The notes beneath the pieces were generated by a model, which made no database searches, had not been told where the DNA came from, and was given only the letters and a program-made list of their open reading frames with translations. Shown here piece by piece: positions 59,201 to 64,000 of a stretch of 64,000 bases of DNA. Made by a program: the position numbers and the translations under genes. Every line of letters begins with the position of its first letter. Position 1 is the stretch's first letter. The DNA lies in contig NC_134025.1 of NCBI RefSeq assembly GCF_964204645.1, positions 19,815,101 to 19,879,100 of the forward strand, written 5' to 3'. This DNA is from Tubulanus polymorphus. Lineage: Eukaryota > Animalia > Nemertea.

Positions 59201-60201
59201 TGCTGATACTGTGTTAAACTGGTCAGTTCCATATCAAAACGGATTAACTAGGTCAACCAAAAAGACAGATCCAGATATGTTCTAAATTATAGAAGAGACC
59301 ATTTATGTGCGGTTTAAAATGCACAATTCTGGTCTGTCCATTCTTATTCCACTCTTATGCTGTTCCGGTTATCCCTACCGCACAAAGGAACCAAAAGCAA
59401 CTGATTTTGAGTTATTGGCAGCAAACAACGGCACGCAATTAATATGACAACTGAATTTAACTATCTGCAAAATTAGTAAGAATTATAAATTAGCTTTAAC
59501 AAGTCGATTTTTAGAGGCTCTTTGGTTGATTTAAAATGAGACTGAAACATAACAGATGCCTTTGACAACACATCGATGAACTCGTCTTCGATCAATAATG
59601 AGCCGAGGGGCATTTCCATATAAGCACACTCGAAATGTTAGCTAGAGGTTGAATTCTAGGTGCTATTATCACCAGTCCTCACTCAATTGTTATCCCATAA
59701 TCTGGTTTAAAATCGAAAAGGTGTATGTTCGGCTCAATATGATTCAAGCCTCTAGCCAGGGGTTCATCTGTTGAAACAGGTCTTTCAGAAATTAGTTCTG
59801 CTCATAATTCGTAATAATGTAAGAAAATAGTTATCATTTTATGACCATTAAAATCTATTTTCTATAACATCTATAGTTCAAGCCTGTCAACATTAATAGG
59901 AATAAGAATGAAATCAAACTCACTTTATTCTTCCATTTCAAACGGAAGAAGAGTGGTAGTAACCACCCATATTCCTAATGTTTTAATAAACTTTAAGACA
60001 TTTATTCATTTATTTTGGGATTTTACTATTATTTTAGTCTTCCTAGTTGGGGAGGACATTGATAACTTGCCCAATGACTTACACTTGGTAAATTGAAAAA
60101 AACAAATTGGGACTGAAAAATTCCTGGCTAGGGGCTAGTAAGTTAAACTTTTCTCATCACATGAATATGCAAACTTGCAGAAAGAATGATCTTTTCAATA
60201 C

Positions 60202-60297
60202 CTTATCTTTGATGACAGTATCAGGATACGGATCACTCGAATAAGGTCGACACGGAGGTGGGTTGTGATACCATCTCAAATAATACATGTGATACAT
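60202..60297 (-). CDS. Candidate alternative first exon of SYTL (MYHMYYLRWYHNPPPCRP...KDK)
   Basis: ATG plus 32 codons ending AAG|gtattg, phase 0; no homology evidence. Confidence 0.3.
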
Positions 60298-61227
60298 GAT
60301 TTAACAACTTGTGTTTTCTGGCATCTACTGATTATTTCTGACGGTTAACAACCCAATGACTAAGTCCCAGCGTGTGGCACTGCAATATCATATGGAATCG
60401 TGATTACTTTTATTGTACCGGGTTATATGTTGGAATATTCCAATCTTAAGTTCAACTCAGGTCACCCTTACGATCCGTTGGCCGATCTGTTGGTGTTGAG
60501 ATCGACGTTGTGCTTCTAAAATGAATAAGCGATCAATCCAAGTTGAACGAGTTCAATTTTATACAAACGTCATAAGTTCATAACCAATCGAAGCTTTGTA
60601 TTTAATCCCATGATATTTTACAAAATGGGGCCACCGTGGTCACAAATCAATGAAAATTTCAACAATTCATTGTCATTTTATGCGTAGTTAATATATGAAT
60701 TAGTTTTGAATGAATTTTTTATTCAAATATTTTGATAACCGAATATAAATAAACAGTGTACATTAGATTGTACATACAATGCTAGTGTCTTTGCTATTTA
60801 TTGATCGTCGAGAAGAAAGATTTAACTGAATTTGCTAGTACGTTACTATCGGTGATCAAAATAGAAGATCGGCGATTGTCAACATGAGTTGATCCTACGC
60901 CATCACCATTGAATCATATGGCGACCTGAGCGAGGCTTTACCTAATGAAAAACGTAACTGATAATCAAAAATTCACATTCACATTCATATACAATTAACA
61001 TGGCAGGGCAAATACAACGTAAAGGCGGGCTTAGGTCGACTTGTGACCTGTGTACAATGCAATGCAATAGTTGCAAATGGTGGCTTAGGTACATGGCCGA
61101 CCAATGCCTAGACATGTACTGCAAAATGTCAATGCATTGATATATTCAAAAATTTGCCATTAGTAAAATGTGTTGAAAATTCTGATCGCCCCATTGATGA
61201 AAATTTCCATAACAATTAAAAAGGATT

Positions 61228-61596
61228 AGCAGCGTTCACACTAGGACAGTGCGGTACTAAGCGTTCACACTTGGAAGTTATTCAGGGCCTATTCGCGGCT
61301 TATCAGTTCCGTACTGATATATGTGGCATGCGATTCCGCGTTGAAAACCCGACCTGAGTATGGAGCTGGCCGTGTATTTTCTGAAGTGTGAACGCAAATT
61401 CGACGCTTATTTAGCGCGTAGTACAATACTAATTACACTCCCCTCTATCAACATAGCGGGTGACTACTATACTAGGCTTACTAATTGCCGAATCCGCTGA
61501 CTCACCGTGTGAAGATAACTGGTTATGTAAGCGCCGTATTTTGGCAGCACGGACATACGGTATTTCATAAGCGCCGAATCTAGTGTGAACGCGGCT
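61228..61596. mobile_element. Harbinger-type MITE
   Basis: AGCAGCGTTCACACTAG / CTAGTGTGAACGCGGCT termini. Confidence 0.65.
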
Positions 61597-63920
61597 ATAA
61601 TCGATTCAGACCAGACTGCTTTGGCAATCCCATTAAAATAGGAAAAAGGGATAATCTTACATAAAAAATGGCAGTTTAATCTGAAATTGAATAGAAATTA
61701 TTAAGATTCTATAAGTGTTTCTTAAATCTTTTTTTTTATTGAGATCATAAAAAAGTAGAAACTAATCTGGAAACGACAGTAAACAATAATTGCACAAGTG
61801 AGTCGATTGTTGTAGATTACAATCTACTGGGTCCTATGTTGAGAAAAAGCTAACTCACATTTTGGTCTAGTAGCTATTTTTCCTGCGTTATCAATAAGGG
61901 CAACAGTTCAAACTTTACCGTTTTAGCTAAAACTATATTCAATTTTTCATTTTTTACAAATGAACGAACAGCTTCATTGACAATTCCACAAGTTGTGGTC
62001 ATCAGAAAGATGGACAAGAGTAGCATAAGAAGACAGTTTGAGAAGACAATATTATTTCATTTCAACGTTTCGAAAAACATAAAATTGCGCATGTTGTTTG
62101 ATATGAATTCATTGCACCGGTATATTATTTGATAATCATCAGCTGTAATTACGTAAACCTGATTTGAACAGTATCATCAATCTTACCTAATGAAAATACA
62201 ATAAACAACTAATCCTATATACTTTCATATACAACCAAGACTATTGCCGTGCGATGGCAGATTAGGGCAAATGCAATGCAAGAGATATACCGATAAATTC
62301 CATTGCGTTAATTCGATCATTCAAACTGTAGGTTGCCAGAAATAAATTGATTACTTATAGCGTCAAATTAAATGCCATATACAATGGTATACATACACAT
62401 GGCCAATGTTATACATGCATACACATGCCTATCCTCAAAACAACCTGTAATCAATCAACAATTCTCAAATCCACCCTGATAATAATACATCGGCTCAGGG
62501 AGCTGTTCTCTCACCTCCCAATCAGATCATAATGATGATAATATTAATAAACATAATTTATTTTCTTATATAGCGAACTCTTATCAGCACGTGAACAATT
62601 AACACGAGCTGTCAAAATAGTATTTCAAAACAGGTGGAGAATAAATATGAAGTTAGAATTTACTGATGACTATATGATTAGTTACGGCAATAAATTTCCC
62701 TTAAAACGTAAGTTTTCGAATTCTTCTTTGAACATTGAAATGGACTTTGCCTGATAGTTAAGGGCAATTGGTTGGTTTCATGAGAATTTAAATGTAAATT
62801 TGAACACCCTGTAATCTTTCCCTAATTAGTCTGTTCCTATTTGGCCCATACCTGGAATGGACCCATTTAGAACAGACCGACCAAATCAATGGTGCGCATT
62901 CACACACATTTTCAAATCAGCTGTTATTACTGGTCCCCCTAGATGCGATACTGTGTCACACTGAGAAATGGTCCGTACTAAAGTTCAAATTTTCTAAAAA
63001 GCAACAGCCTTTTCCTGTGTGAAAAAGGATGGTCCCTTCTAAAATGGAATTGACTACATATGGTGTGACTGCGGCTAATGAAAATTGTAATCAAGTATAA
63101 ACAACTTTTACATTGTAATGGAGTATTTCAATGATTAAGCAATGCTAATATCACTTAAGATATGGGCAGACTCATTGCAAATTTTTCTTTTGAATTTCTA
63201 ACCCAATCATACGCTGGTATTTGTATTCCTTGATCATAAAGCATGTAGAAAAATGAAAAATAGTATGTAGAAAAATGAAAAATTCTTATTTGTCATGAAA
63301 AGGAAAAATATTCTTTTTTCCAAGTGAATTTCTACTCGAAACCAGTGGAGGCATCTATCATGAAGCTTAAACATTAAAACATAAACCGGAGGTTACCGTC
63401 TATATGGTTATAGTCTCAAGACTATTAATTTAACACTACCGCATTCGCAACCATTTGATTGCCTCAAGACTAAATAGGTTTCACGTTTTATATTCCTGAG
63501 ACTTAACTAGACTCTACGTAGATGCTAGACTTAATGTTGGCAAGGCTAAAAAAGTGCACCAAGCCGGCCAGGTGATTAAGTTTATGTCCTTATGGAAAGA
63601 AGATATGTTGGTGTTGCATGCAACTCTTTAGCAGTGTTAGTTACAAGATGAACATCGTGATCTTCACCTGAACGAATAGAAAAGTGGATATTGTTCATCT
63701 AGAGAGCAAAAACAAAACAAACACTACCCAAATTACACAACAGTCCATGGCTACGTTTACATGTCATCAGTTTTGTGTATACACTACAATACAGGATGTA
63801 GCTCTATTGCCCAAATAGGGGATATGGCTAATTGTATTTCTTTGGTAACCACAGGAATTGGTAAAAATAAATATTCTTATTTTCATTACCAGCAGATGAT
63901 GAACCTAGTTCTGTCTATAA

Positions 63921-64000
63921 ACATAATAATAATATAATATGTGTCTTATATAGCGCTAAATCCAGCCAGGCTGCTCAGAGCGCTTTACATTTTTCGATAT
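63921..64000 (-). mobile_element. 3' end of a second copy of the tRNA-derived SINE
   Basis: Reverse complement closely matches ~53665-53735. Confidence 0.85.

Overview
AT-rich, intron-rich animal (invertebrate-type) genomic DNA. I assembled four protein-coding genes by hand from GT-AG exons whose phases match. (1) The 3' half of fidgetin-like 1 (FIGNL1, AAA ATPase, +, 448-8694). (2) A complete 4-exon ashwin/C2orf49 homolog (-, 20523-9767, 247 aa). (3) A complete 4-exon TAF13 (+, 20781-25520, 134 aa), head-to-head with ashwin across 257 bp. (4) The 3' part of a synaptotagmin-like protein (SYTL4/5/bitesize family, tandem C2A/C2B, -, 28931 to at least ~50.4 kb) with candidate microexons and alternative first exons. 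Introns and intergenic DNA are full of non-autonomous transposons. The dominant family is a Helentron-associated (HINE/DINE-1-like) element present in about 9 copies between 10 and 34 kb. Its internal ~154-bp tandem repeats each carry a CTCF-like motif (near-consensus in several units) and, in many units, a TCAAGGTCA nuclear-receptor site. Also present are hAT-like, Tc1/mariner and Harbinger MITEs, a tRNA-derived SINE, a Penelope (GIY-YIG) relic and several near-perfect fold-back palindromes. All assignments come from reading and translating the sequence and from remembered family motifs; no database search was run.
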